NCBI GenBank assembly: GCA_009103225.1
Contig: RHPI01002204.1
Coordinates: forward strand, 62,001-126,000
Direction: 5' to 3'
Source of the DNA: Chlorokybus atmophyticus
Taxonomy: Eukaryota; Plantae; Mesostigma and Chlorokybus algae
DNA: 64,000 bases
Shown here: positions 13,874 to 26,978 of the stretch, piece by piece
Position numbering within the stretch: the stretch's first letter is position 1
Layout of the letters: every line of letters starts with the position of its first letter
Translations under genes and position numbers: made by a program
Notes under the pieces: model-generated
The model's input: the letters and a program-made list of their open reading frames with translations, nothing else
Told to the model about the DNA's origin: nothing
Database searches by the model: none

Positions 13874-14260
13874 GACGCCAACACCGCCGCCGCCGTCCTC
13901 GCCGCCGAAAACCTAATTGCTGACTTAGGGACCCACAACTGGGTCCAGGACCCGAACGCGCTGATAAGAACGGGACCGGAACACCTTCACACGTGTTAAT
14001 TTTCCGCGTCGGCACTGACGTCACAGGGAGTGAATCAAAGCACTCTTGGAAGTTTGTAATTGAATCACTCCTGTGAGTGAGGGTCATCGTGAGGAGATGA
14101 ACTAAAAGTCTCTGCGGGACCGGGCGGCAGTGTCCTTGGCATTATCCTTGGTGTGGTTGGCGGGGCCGGCGGGAGGTGCGGAGGGCGGGGAAAGAAGGGG
14201 AGGGAAAGGGCTGGCAGCTCGGGACATGGGTGATTGTGGTGGTGGCAGGCGCAGGTAGCA

Positions 14261-17200
14261 ATGAGGCCGGCCGGGGTGGCCGGCAGTGGCGGGCACGGCT
14301 TTGCGGGAGGGAGCCTGCTGAGGGCGGTGGCAGGGTACTTACCTGGAGGCGGTGGCGGTGGTGTCGGTGGGGTTAAAGGTGGTAGCAATGGAGTCGGAGT
14401 CAGCGGAGGTCTTCCTGGGTCGAATGCACGGCGCGGCGATGGACACCACAGCGAGGAAATTGGCTGGGCTGGATTTGATTGGGTTGATGGCCGTAGAGTT
14501 TTGCTGCTCACTTATCCTGCCGGCGGGTTTCAGGTATGTGGTATGTTGTCTGTGTCGTGCAGTGGGTACCTGCGGCTGGGTTACCACTTAGCGTAGTTTG
14601 CATGCCCACCGGTAGCAGCCGCCTCTGCGTTGTGTGCTTGTAATCTCATGTTGCAGCATGGTAGCTGCGGATTGGTGACTTTTCGTAATTACAATTGTGT
14701 CCACACATGAGGTGCAAAAATGAGCTGAGTACAGCGTAGGGCACTCCATTGTCTTGCACATTACTTCACCTCAACAGAACTGCCTCTTGAGTTTGTGAGT
14801 TGGAAGCTTGCTGAAGGTTGAATGCAGTACAATTGAGTGCATGGCAAGGTTCTACGTATCACTTCAGCACAGGCTTACGAAGTATGCCACAAGCACTGCA
14901 GCTTGTGACGCACTTCGTAAGCCTGTGCTGAGGTGATACGCCTCTTGATTACTGCCTTTGCAGCTTGCCAGTCGGTAGCAAAAATGCGCTTGTCATGTTG
15001 CTAAGGACGTTAACTAGCGCACTGCACAGCTATGGGACTGCATGACTGCAAGGGAGGTAGTTTCGCGACGTGATTGCGCGGTGTCTGCCCTTCATGTCCT
15101 TCCAAATCCTCTCAAGCAGCAGGGGGATTCTCTGTTGCAGCATCGGCCATTGCTTGCATTGGTGCCTGCTGAGCCTCAGGTATTGGGCAGCTGGCTGCTT
15201 GTCCGTGTTTTCACACCTACTGCTGTCCTGACAAGGAGACTGTGCAGATGGGCAGTGGAGGGCACCCTAGCAGTCTGCGTTGGGTCGTTCGGTTGTACTC
15301 GTTGAAGTCACACGATTATGTGCATAATGTGAGCTTCCAGAAGCCTGTCCTAGCTCTGAGGGCATCACAGCGCATTGTTGCTGTTGCTCTTCCGTCCCAG
15401 GCAAGTCATCTGCTCATGCCGTTGTCTTGTAGTGTTGCGTGTTTGAATACTTGAAAACCAACAAGGCTTGCAACGCAGATATACGCCTTTGATGCTATGA
15501 CAATGCAAAACACCTTCAGCGTGCAAACGTACCCAGCACCCATGGTTGCTGGCACACAGCACTCGGCGCCTCAACCGATTGCACTAGGACCGAGGTGGCT
15601 GGCGTATGCTGCAAATCAACCTTTATTGCCAGCAACCGGGAGGGCCTCACCTCAGGTTTGCTGCAAGTGCATGCAGTTCATGCATTGCGGTGCATCAGCT
15701 AACATGTTGCTTAAACTTCAGGTGCTAAGTGGGCGCTCCTCGAGCCCATCACCGTCTACGTCACCTGCCAGCGGGGCATCTCTTGTTGCACAATTTGCAA
15801 AGCAATCGAGCAAGCAGTTGGCCTCTGGCCTGTTTTCGTTAGGTGTTGATGGGTACAAGACGTTGCAGGGGTATTACAGCCAGTTGACCGAGCCCACTGC
15901 CAATGGTCAACCTCAAGCGCAGGCAAATGGTCATTCTGGAGCAGCTCATCCTCCGGATGCTGAGTGCGCTGGCACAGTTGTAGTGCGGGATGTTGTTAGC
16001 CGAGCAGTTGTGGCGCAGGTGATGCTTGTTGTCACTAGGCGTAGTGTGACCTGACCATTGCCCTCAAGTGCATGTGTTGTGCCTAACTATGCTTCTCTTT
16101 TAACAGTGGCGAGCACATACAAGTGCACTATCCTGCATGGCCTGGGATCCTACTGGAACTTTGCTCGTGACAGCCTCAGTCTGCGGGCATAATCTCAATG
16201 TCTTTCGTGTTTCGCCTGGCAATGCGGAAGCTCCTGAAGAATGTTGCTGGCACTTGTACAAACTGTATCGTGGGGTGACGCCAGCGGTCATTCAGCACAT
16301 CACCTTCTCATCCTGCTCTCGCTGGCTGGCCGTGAGGTTAGCACAGTTTACCTGCCTGCCTGCCTGCACACTGAGACATGCCACTTGCCAACAACTGTGT
16401 TGCTGCCAGCTCTGCTCGCGGAACCACGCACGTTTATGCCATCAATCCTTACGGCGGTCAAACCGGGGCCCACACCCACGTCACTAATCAAGCTGGTATA
16501 GTCAGTCCACAGACTCTGCCACCTGTCACGCCACTCCGTTTGCAACCGCAGCAGATGGCTCCACTGCCAGCGGTTCGTACGCTTTCTGTGGTGGCACGCA
16601 TCAGGTCCAGTTCACTGAGTTGGCGCCAGACAGTCACAGCTGCTACGGGGCGCAGCATACCAGCAGGAGCAGTTGCCTCAGTGTTCTATCGTGGCCCAGT
16701 TGGCACAGAGTCCAGCAATGTTGGAGAACAGGTAGAGCAGTTCCTGTCATGGTGCAGAGGTTGCCTTCTAGGTGCGTGTTGTTGGAATTGCGATTGCTGA
16801 TGGTGAATTGGGTGTTATTATGGACAGGTGTACATATTATCTCCGATGGGGCTGCTTACTCGGTATGCGCTTTGGCCTCACGCGGCAATGGGGTCAGATG
16901 GTGCAACGGACTTGCTGAAGTTGTCAGTGGAGCCTTTGGAGCGATGGGATGTGTGCAGGTTAGGGTTTGTATTATCTGCTTATGCTTCAGCAGTTGAAAC
17001 CATTTGTGTCGTGCTGCTGAACCTATGCAACAAGTGCAAGTTACAACCCGTGCGTGCCAACTTCATTGCGGGCTTAATTGCAGACATGCCTCATGGCCCG
17101 AGCGAGAAGGTTCACTCGACAGCACAGGCAGCAAGCAGTCAACCAAGCCGCACGAGGTATGCTGACCAGGGACATTGCTGCCTATCAGTGCTTATGTCAA

Positions 17201-18701
17201 TGTTGTTGAGTATGTTGGTGATATACGTTGCAGGGTGTGTGGATGGCAAGTGCCGAGTTGGCTTCGCATCACCCAGTAGCACCTCTGTGGGCGAGCTCCA
17301 ATGTATCATTCATGTTGGTGCCATCGTCCGCCGTCACTATTGCGCGCGCTGCTGGTCCAGCAAGGTATGTGCTACAAGACGTAGTTATCAACTGGTTGAA
17401 CTGCATTTTGTGGCTGATAACATTGCAAAACAACTAGTCACACCATGGTTCTCAGTAATGAAGTTATATTGATACGAGCCTGCTTGCAGTCGCTGGACAG
17501 ATATTGCGATGGAAACGCTGCCTTGGCACAAGATTGAGGTTCGCCGAGCCGATCTGGTTCCTTTGCGTGAGAAAGTTGACAGCCTCTCCCTCACTCATGG
17601 GTGAGGATTGGCAAATCAGTTGTTGCCTGCTGCTGCGCTGGCTTGCACTGAGTAGCACAGAGTAATGGTGTGCGTCATGTGTCGAGCAGAAACGGCGTCG
17701 CAGATGCTGGCGCATGGCAAGTGCAAATTGGCACAAACTCGGTGCTGTCCCTTCCCGTGCAACAGATGCGACCTGCAGAGTTGACCACTGGCGACTCTGC
17801 AAGCCCTACAAATCGCAGGCAAGCAGCATTGGAGGGACTGTGTTGCTCACCTTTCACCAGTTGTCTTTGCTGATACTTCCTGTGTGCAGGCCTAAAGGGT
17901 TGCCACCGCCTTCTCCCCAAAGTGGCAGACGGCAGCGAGCGCACACTCACAGTAACGGTTCAGATGGTCCTGCGGAAAACTATGCACCGCGTGAAGATGG
18001 CACAATACCAAGCTGCGCCATGATGCTTGATGATGATGCTGACGATCGCATGTCTCATACCAGTTTAGGTGAGACTGATCTGCGGTTGTCATTTGATGTG
18101 GACTTGCGTTGACGGTGGATGCGCTGTTTTGATGCAGGCTCAACACCTCCGTCCTCATATGAACTGTCTTACTTGCCTCGGCGCACTTCCCCAGTGGTTA
18201 CTTCTGTTCCACAAGCAAGCACTCCTGATGCATCCCCAAGGTCTCCACCCCACTCATCCGACTCAGACCGGGCTGCACACTTGAACGCTAGAGGGCAGCA
18301 CTTCACACAGGTGCAAGGCCACTGACCAATGCAAGGGTGTTGACTGCTCGGCCATGAATGTCACTGAACAGCAGAGTGTGCAGGAGTCGCCATACGATGA
18401 CATGTTCGAGTTTGAAGGCAGCTCTGGGGATGGGGGCAGTGGTGAAGCCCATGACAAGCATGCCACTCAAGCCTCGCAGCGCTTGCATTGCAAGAATGAA
18501 GTAACGGCTCACCTCATGATCACCAACAACAATTGGACTGCCGAGTCAAACGAACTCCATGGTCCCACGGATGGCTGGGAGATCGGCTTGGCTTTGGCAG
18601 ACCCCGATAATGCAGATGTAAATAAAGGTTCATCTGATCACCATGACGAGCCGGCGTTCACCGGTGAACACAGCAGTTTTGGCTGGCTACTATCCAAGTA
18701 A
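14261..18701 (+). CDS. ATG18: ATG18f/g/h-like WD40 protein with BCAS3 domain
   Basis: Exons encode WAGFD..VLLLTYPAGGFQ, EVVSRRDCAVSALHV, PIALGPRWLAYA, AGTVVVRDVVSRAVVAQ, AWDPTGTLLVTASVCGHNLNVFRV, HLYKLYRGVTPAVIQHITFS, SARGTTHVYAINPYGG, LYILSPMGLLTRY, IEVRRADLVP. Confidence 0.88.
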
Positions 18702-19649
18702 CCTGGGAGATTCCTAGAGTGAGCTGGAGACCCCTGTCTGTTCGTTTTATGATCAAGTTGTCGTCAGAATTGCAGGTACTTTCGCCCAGGTCCTTCCGTT
18801 CAGCTGCGTGCTGTTCTGTCAAGCGCAGCGAGGGCACACCTGCTCATCTCATATACATATCGCGCGTCATTCTTTCCGGCCAGCATGCGGCCGCTTTACA
18901 GCTGTACAGTATGGTGTAAAGGCTAGCAGCAGTCTAGTTATAGTCGTCTATTCGTCTGTTCCACTTTAGCTTGCTCTTCGTAATAGTTACCCTTTAGTGT
19001 TGCCAGTGTTGCCATCTTACCCACTGAGTGACAGGTTGACAACATGCTTTGTTGTTCCGTCTGTTATTGTGCTGCCAAGCCCATACGTAGCTCATACGTA
19101 TGTTTCGCTGGCTGTTTACATTAATCCAAGATACCAATGCAGTATGCATCATGATGCGTTGCATACGCGCAATATGTTGCCGCAGACAGTGGCACACATG
19201 CTCGACCACCGCGCTACTACCTTCTACCACTAGCAATTCTACCTATAGCACTACGGCCCGACCCCATCAGTCATGCATGCAGCTTGGCCGTTATTTGCCG
19301 CAGTGTACATATGCGAAACGGCAATGCACATGCATAGTGGCATGCACAGTCAGCAGCTGTGTGTAAAGGATATGCGCGGTGCCATTAAAGTAGTCACTGT
19401 GATAATTGGTATACCATGCACTAGTTAGGACATGGACAAGCAGCAGCAGAGCACCACTAGGCTGTGCTATAGCATGTATTTCAACTCACTACTCTCACCA
19501 CTAGTAAGAAAACAAACTACTTGTCATTAAGCACAGACGTACAGTGGGTACCAGTCATGACCATGGCTGTCTAAGCGCACACATAACAGCAATAACGTCC
19601 TGCACAGAGCCACGCGGCAGCGGCACCCATGTGAGCAGGTACTAACTGA

Positions 19650-19826
19650 ATGCATGCTTGTATGTCTAACGGGGCGGGCTAGCATTGGTATAGTGTAGCA
19701 AGCAGCCATAGAACTAGCCCGGTGGTTAAATTTGATGTGTAAAGCGTGTGTATGCTTGTGCTGATGCATGCCATTCGCATTGTCCACATGCATGCTGCCA
19801 CCGTACCATACCCCTTATATACACTA
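19650..19826 (+). repeat. Copy of dispersed intergenic repeat family
   Basis: tgcatgcttgtatgtctaacgggg matches 40679-40702 at 23/24 nt; followed by cccggtggt (19718) and cttatatacac (19816). Confidence 0.45.
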
Positions 19827-22167
19827 GCACGCTAGCACGCAACTAGTACTCTACCTACCCACAGGCTGCCCCGTTGGCCATGCATACATGTAAAAGAAAA
19901 TACCTGCCGACAGGGCTGTTCGAGTCAGTGTGTATTGTTGTAGAAAAGATGCGTTTGCAGCACATCTACTACATTGTCACTGTGCATGAGCATATCCCTC
20001 GCGCATTGTATGTACATTAGTAAAACGATAATGCAATCTACTAGCATAGGTTAAAAGAGAGGGTCCCCCACAAGCAAGCATACCAGCCACCGCACGTCAT
20101 ATCATCACCCACAACTAACAGTTCACACCAGGGCACAAACCCTAGCGCTAAGGGGGCTGGCTAGCTAAGGAAGTGCATGCCAGCAAGTTGAGGATTGAGA
20201 AGGCAGGCGCAGTAGCTGTAGCTGCAGAATATGGCGTAGGCACAGAGGAGAAGGAGAGGAAGAGGTTAGGTCCTGACTCGGACTGACCAGAACCACGACC
20301 ACACAACCAGCCCCCTCGCCGCCCGTTGCTTGCTGCCGCGATCTGAAGTTCTGTCACTCACAACTCACAGCGGCTGCAGGCCATTCGCATAGCCATTAGA
20401 CATACACGTAGGGCACCAGTCGTGCACGATCAGCGGGCACGAAATGCTCCCCACCGGTGTGTGCATACATGCATACTTACCTCACTCACCTCATACCTAT
20501 CTCACCCACCAATGATTATCCCACCTGCGGTGTCGCTGCAGCCGTGCAATTGCTTAAAACAAGTGCCTGTAAGTGCCATCAAACACAAACCCTGGCCTGG
20601 ACTACACCATAGCACGCAAATGAGACAACAAAGTTCTCCTATTGTAGCTTATCGCATGCATGTCGTTCAGGAGGCGTGTGATTTCTTCCAGGAAATGAGC
20701 ACGGTATGTCGATATCCTCAACAACCTACAGCACTATCACATCGCCACATTTTGCTTTGTAGCTCGAGCAATATCTGAGGCTGGATGCAGTGCCCTCATG
20801 GCCGGGACCCCGACGAATGCTAGCTCCCTACGCTTACTGTACAAGCGTGTCTTCACACCAACATATCAGGATGTACACATGATGTTAACCATGACACATG
20901 ATGTCAAGAATTGTAGCACACATGCGCATAGCAAACAGTACATGACTTTCAGTATTCCGAAAAACAAGCATTGTGAATAACACCCATAATTGGTTGAGCT
21001 TGTGACAATGTTCAATTGTCCACTATAATTGTGATTGCTTCATTGACGTTTCATAATTTCTGCATGCATTACATGTCAATGCTAACACGTGATGTTAACG
21101 TCCATTGCACATATGCGTGTGTCACAGTTTCCTCTCAATCTTGTAAACAACAATTAATGTTGGAAATATACATCACATCTTATTGAATTCGAAACAATTG
21201 TCATGGTTTTTGCCCAATTAGGCTTTGTGCCGCTCAAATTTTAGCATTATAACATTTACTACTAACGTGCTCCGTGAGGTGGTTTGTACGCGGTACTTCA
21301 TCATGTTCATTGCATGACAACATCAAAATCGTAGTTAAGCATTATTATGATCAACCATGAACAGTTGCACAACAGTTGTACAGCATGATTGTGACCTCGT
21401 ATTGTTTCAATGTCGTAAAAAGCACTCTTTTTCCTCTATTAACAAGCTTAATGTAAATTACAGCAATATTAACGTTTGTACATGCTACATGTGACCAACA
21501 CATCAATGGCGCCCTTTACTACATGAATGAACGCGTGCATGCATGTTTGAGAAACTGGCTCCTGATGTTAGACCTCGCCACTTTGAGCAAGCACAACGCG
21601 CGACACATTGACAAGCCCTCTACATAAGCACGACAAGAGGGTGGCAAACACTCCCAGCGCCTGCCACTTGGCGCTCCATCAGAATGCAGTCACGTCAACA
21701 AAATCGCTGTACGCACCCAATGTAATCGTTTTCATGCTCACATCCCTACAGTGCACCCGTCGAAAACTGCCTTTAGGAATGATGGATTGACAGCCCCAGG
21801 CATGCATGCCTCCATGCATGCACTGTGTGCTGATGGCCCGGTCGTCCGGCGGAGACTCTTTGACGCCTGCCATCAACCTTGAACAACCGTCTCATTCGAG
21901 CAAGCCGTTCAAGTCGTGCATACGTGGTTATGGGTGTTTGTGCTGCTGAGCTCAGCATACCCATAAGGCACATACCCACAATCACATGTACACCAAGACT
22001 GTCACAGACAGCACGTTCACATTGACGGACTGCCAGCCGCTTGACAGATGGGGCGGGCGCTGAGATGGGCGCTTGCTGCCAGCACAGGAAACGGCGGCTG
22101 GAGAGCCTCAGCCTGCTGCCAGCTCTCCTTGCAGGCATGCCTCTGCTGCGCAGCAGAGTGGCTGACT

Positions 22168-22698
22168 TCAGTCGCGCTTGAGCTTTGTTGCTGATGACAC
22201 ACAGTGCATTGTAGAAGAAGGCGGGCGAAAAGGAGAAGATTGATTCAAAGCTTCTGGCTGTGCTGACGACGGCTGTGCTCCGCTAGGCTTGAATAACAAG
22301 AAACAGGCTGAAGTAAACACGCACGGGGCTCTTGAGCAGCCAGTAAGCTGAGCTGTGTGCGCCTTGGGCCTAGGCTGGGCCGGCGCTGGAGCGAGGAGGA
22401 GCGGGACGGGGCGGTTACACGGTGTTGAAGCCTCAGTCTTGGGGCCGCAATGGCTTGGGTGGACAGCGAGCTCTTCCGCTGGCCTGCACTGCTTGGTGAG
22501 TACTGGGCTTAGCTCCCTGGCCGTCATGCCGAAAGTCTTATCTCTTGACAGCTTTTTCAAGCAGCTGCGTACCTTGAAGTGCGCAGCTGCTTGAAGCTGG
22601 ATCGAGCTGCTGTTCGCACGCCAAGCTGAAGCTGAGTCATGTACCTTCAAGCTGCTGTGGTGCTTCAACGCTGTTCTGAGTAATCTCAGCAGCTTCAA
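22168..22698 (-). CDS. Unidentified 176-codon open frame, possibly an exon of an unknown gene divergent from the B3 gene
   Basis: Long stop-free frame with a plausible in-frame upstream exon (MLRSYPPP..DKL|gtaact). No recognisable domain. Confidence 0.2.
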   Translation of the reverse strand: MKLLRLLRTALKHHSSLKVHDSASAWRANSSSIQLQAAAHFKVRSCLKKLSRDKTFGMTARELSPVLTKQCRPAEELAVHPSHCGPKTEASTPCNRPVPLLLAPAPAQPRPKAHTAQLTGCSRAPCVFTSACFLLFKPSGAQPSSAQPEALNQSSPFRPPSSTMHCVSSATKLKRD

Positions 22699-23176
22699 CA
22701 GTATTGAATTGTCACAAGCACGTACGTTGTCGTGGCGGCTTTGCCTTTAGACATAGTTACCAGCTTATCTGTGCTGCGAGTGTGTGTCACAGCAGTGTTC
22801 GGCCGATCAAAGGGGTTGCCAGTGTTTAGTGTCAAGTGGAAGCTAGGGTCGGCAGCTAAGGGGGGGGGATATGACCTGAGCATTGGACTTGTACTGTCTA
22901 CAGTGACATTTCTCTTCAAGACCCTTCAAGCATGCCATGGCACTCTGGCTCCAGTATCATTCGCAGCACTGTGACTTGGCAACGTGCAAGTCACAGTGCT
23001 GCGAATCTCGGCAGTATGCTTGCCACTAATCGATATGACTGGTCGATTTTGCCACTGCTGTATGCATAGGTACCAACAGCCTGCTGTAACAATGCCAATC
23101 TTGCAACTTGTTGAACAGCCAGCATGAAGTACGCAGCAACACATAAGTGACAAAGTGGTTGATGTGTCGTGTGCAG

Positions 23177-26100
23177 ACGCGCCGCCCCCACTGGTATTTG
23201 ACCCAATACCTGAAGCGGGCAACTTGCCACAATGTGACACAAACACCTGCAACCTAGTCAACATAGTCAACAGCAAGAGCGCAGCACTGGACGACGCACC
23301 AACTCTGCCGGATGTGGAAGCTGCGCTGGCAATTGAAACCGAAGTGGAGACGGCTGCGCTTGATGCTCGTGCTCAGGCCGTCGAGCAAGACGCCAACCGC
23401 CAGCTGGAAAGAAGGTTGTCCGAGCAACTTGAGAAAGGTGAGCGTTTTGTACAATGCCAATGTGCACACGATGTTGCACTCTGTGCCCATCTCCCAACAA
23501 TATGTGACATTCATATCTGCAGTGGACCTTGCTTCGCCCATGCCTGGGGAAGCAGCTACGGCTTGTCCTGGCTCAAGCCTAGAGCTGGACGACTTGTTTC
23601 CGGCACTCGCCTCGTGGGGCAATGGAAACGACGAGCTGGCATCAATCAAAGACCAGGAAGAAGACGAGCCCAGTTCAAGGTTACCACCAGCCTCAAAGCC
23701 TCACGCCGATGCTGCGTGCAGCACGCATTCACTGTCAACATCTCATGTACGTGTCAACATGCCATGTCACAAGTTATCGTGATGGTCTTGCGCTGTTCAA
23801 TAAGCGTGATGTTGGCTGCAGGATGACATGGATGTTGATCAGTATCAAGATGAGGTCTTCTGCAACGGCAATGCAGCTTCGTCACCGCGCCTGCGGTCAG
23901 TGTCACTAGCCTTCACTAGCGATGAGCAGCAGGACCAGACCAGAAGGAGTCGAGAACCTGGCATTCCCGCCGCCAGGCCCTTCAAGGACAATGTGAGTCA
24001 TTGCGGGACTGACTGACTTGGCATTATACACGTGAGCTACAGTTTGACTGTATGGGTGACATCGTATGATACTCAGACACGCATCATGATCTGGAACACC
24101 ACGACCCACAAGCGAGCTGGTGGTCGGGGCTTGTCAAGGAGGAACCTAGAGGCCTATCTGGAGCAGGTAGGTGTGTTACGACTGGAAACTTTGCGTTGAA
24201 TATAACGCCGTTGCTAACGGCCGCGTGTTGCTACAGCATCCTGAGTGTGTAATCTACAACAAGCATCTGCACAGGAAAGTCGCCGCTGTTGCTCCCGCTG
24301 CCATGGAAGAGGCGAAGGAGGTTTGAGCCTTCATGAAGCTTGATCACTAATTGTTACTGCAGATAATGATTGATTACAGCTGCATAACCATGCTGCAGGC
24401 GCCCTCTCAACAACAGCAACAACTTGAAGACGAAGTGCCAACACATGCAGGCAAGCCCACTGAGTAATCTGTGTATAGAAGACTGCAATTCAGAAGATGC
24501 CAACACTCTCGGAGCAGCTAAGCCTGGGCTTCTGCTCAAAACAAAAAATACACATATGCTGTTCATGTGCGCACACACCGTGTGTGGCACGTGCACGCCG
24601 CTTGCATGGGCGGTCACAACAACTGACTTGGCAAGGTGTATTTCGATGCAGGCCATCCTCCCAAGAGGCGAGGCCGCCCGCCAAAGAAACACAGCAAGAG
24701 GACAGTGATACTGGTTGAGCGCGAAACGCAGACACCTGCTACCCTTGATGATCACGCAATGACCACACCAGAAGTACTGCGCACTGCAGGAACAGACAAT
24801 GCCACGGGCAGTTACAGCCAACAGCAGCAGCAGCAACAACAACAACAACAACAAACACAGCAGCAACAAGAAGAAGAACAGCAACAACAACGACAAGGAC
24901 AAGAAGCACCTGTGCTTCAGAATCTGCAACCTCACATGAGCGCAGCAGCAGCAGCGGTGCAGCCTGCAGTTGCACCACGGCGACAACACATGGATGCCAC
25001 CAAGCGGCGCCGTGTGGTCAGTGGTATCATTGTCTGCAAAGTTTGTGTATGCGATCAGCAACATGCTGTCCATGATTGCAAGACAATAGCGGCTGAGCTG
25101 ACTGACAATGCATGCTGGCAGGCCAAGTTAATGGATTTTGCAACACGAAGGAACTGGAGCTCAGGTGGATTGCAGCACCTGAAAGAAGCCAAGCTGTTGT
25201 GCCGGCAGATGGGCATGACGCAGCGACAACTGCAGAAGTGGATCACCAACCACAGCCCTACCGCAGTGAGCAACTGATTACGAATGCACCATGGTACCTA
25301 CATTCCATACAAGCTAACGCTGTGCGTCGCGACCATCTGAACATTGCAGAAGAGGAAAGCAGCGGAGAAAATGCAAGGCGTCAGTGCAGGTGCATGCCTC
25401 TCAAAACTCGCTTAAAGCGCTTTTGCTGATAGTGCACCACAGAAGGACTCTCACCATGCTTGTGTGGCAAGCCATAGTGGTGACTCTGCAGGTGACGCTT
25501 CTAGCAAGAGCATGCCGGAGGATATCGTGCGCCCCAAAGCCAGCACCAAACACTCTGCAAAGCTGAAATCTTTTGGCGGGAGAATTGCAAAGGCATCTGC
25601 GCTTGCACGTGCGCGGGCAGGGCTTGTGCGCGCGAGGGCAGCCATGGAGCACGCTAGAGCCGCAAAGGCAGCCAAGCATGTATTGAAGCACAGCGCCTCA
25701 CGCGGAGAAGGTCGTGACTTTGTTGCACATACATGTGACTCACATACGCCGGTCGAAAGCAGCACAAGTGCTCAGCCGCAGCCTCTGAGGTTATTCTGCC
25801 AAGGCGAGACCAACGATGAGGCTGCAGATATTGACTTCGTCCCCGCTTTAAGGAAGAAAGGAAGGCCTCGACGTCTTGCGGTAAGCTGCTGTATGCTGTC
25901 TTGAGTTGATGTGCATGCCACGAGCATCAGGCCTATTCAGCAACTAAGCTTGCACGTACTGTAGAGACTTGGCATGATCCATCAAATGCCTGTGCTATTC
26001 AAGAAGCAGTTGACGTCAAGCGACATCAACCACTTGGGTCGCATTGTTCTTCCAAAGGTGCATACTCTGTAGTAGTAGGCCACCGCATCAATTGGCATGC

Positions 26101-26978
26101 CCATAGTAGCTTCTGCAGGCGTATCCTACTGCTTGTGTGACAGCTGCTGACGCGCCAGAGTGACCGCTGCTAACGCGCCATCTCATTTGCAGAGTCTAGC
26201 AGAGAGTTACCTCCCCAGCATCGACAAAACAGGCATCTCCTTGAAGCTCAATGATGCAAGCGGTGGAGAATGGAGCTTCCGCTATCGGTGAGCAATCAAA
26301 CAGTGCACATGCCGGATACCTATGCCTCGTTGTAATGCACGCAATGCACGACTCCATCCTTGATTGTTGGCATTGCTGATGCTGATCACGAGCTGCATGG
26401 GTGCTGCGCAGCTGGTGGCCGAACAACGCCAGCAGGATGTATGTCCTCGAGAGAGCAGGTATGGACGCACGCAAGTCGCAGGCATTGCCTGAAAGGTTCA
26501 CCCTGATACAGTGTGTTACAGTCACAATGATGCTGTCACACGAGCTCAAGCCAGCTCGGTCACACACTACACCCAGCCTATGTGTGCGTGTGTTGATGCT
26601 CACTAACTGTGACAGCATCAGACACTTGAGCACATTTAATGACTAGCAGCCACACAAAGCAAAGACATAGACATTGCGCATGTCTATGCTTGCCTGGTAC
26701 AAACATCTTGATAGAACCTGTCCAAGAGCTTGCCCAACAACCCAACCTTGCAGGCGCTTTTCTGGACGCTTTCAACCTCGGGAGGGGAGACACAGTCATC
26801 TTCCTACGCGCGCACAACGGCAAAGTGGTGGGTGGCTCAACTATATGGGGAAATGCCTGCAGAAGAGCTGAGCACAAGTTCCACTGCGCTTGATAACGCA
26901 TGTTATCACTTGCAGGTGCTGGACGGGCGCAAGTGCGTTGGCCGTCGCCAGAACGCTGAGCACAACAGCCTGCAGTAG
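23177..26978 (+). CDS. LAV-class (ABI3/VAL-related) B3 transcription factor with BRK-like domain, AT-hooks, polyQ and ZF-HD-type homeodomain; 5' end unresolved (possible first exon near 22933-23013)
   Basis: Phase-compatible exon chain. B3: LFKKQLTSSDINHLGRIVLPK|SLAESYLPSIDKTGISLKLNDASGGEWSFRYR|WWPNNASRMYVLERA|GAFLDAFNLGRGDTVIFLRAHNGKV|VLDGRK. AT-hooks PKRRGRPPKK and RKKGRPRR. Homeodomain-like exon 25122-25265. BRK-like exons 24077-24166 and 24237-24320. Confidence 0.85.
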
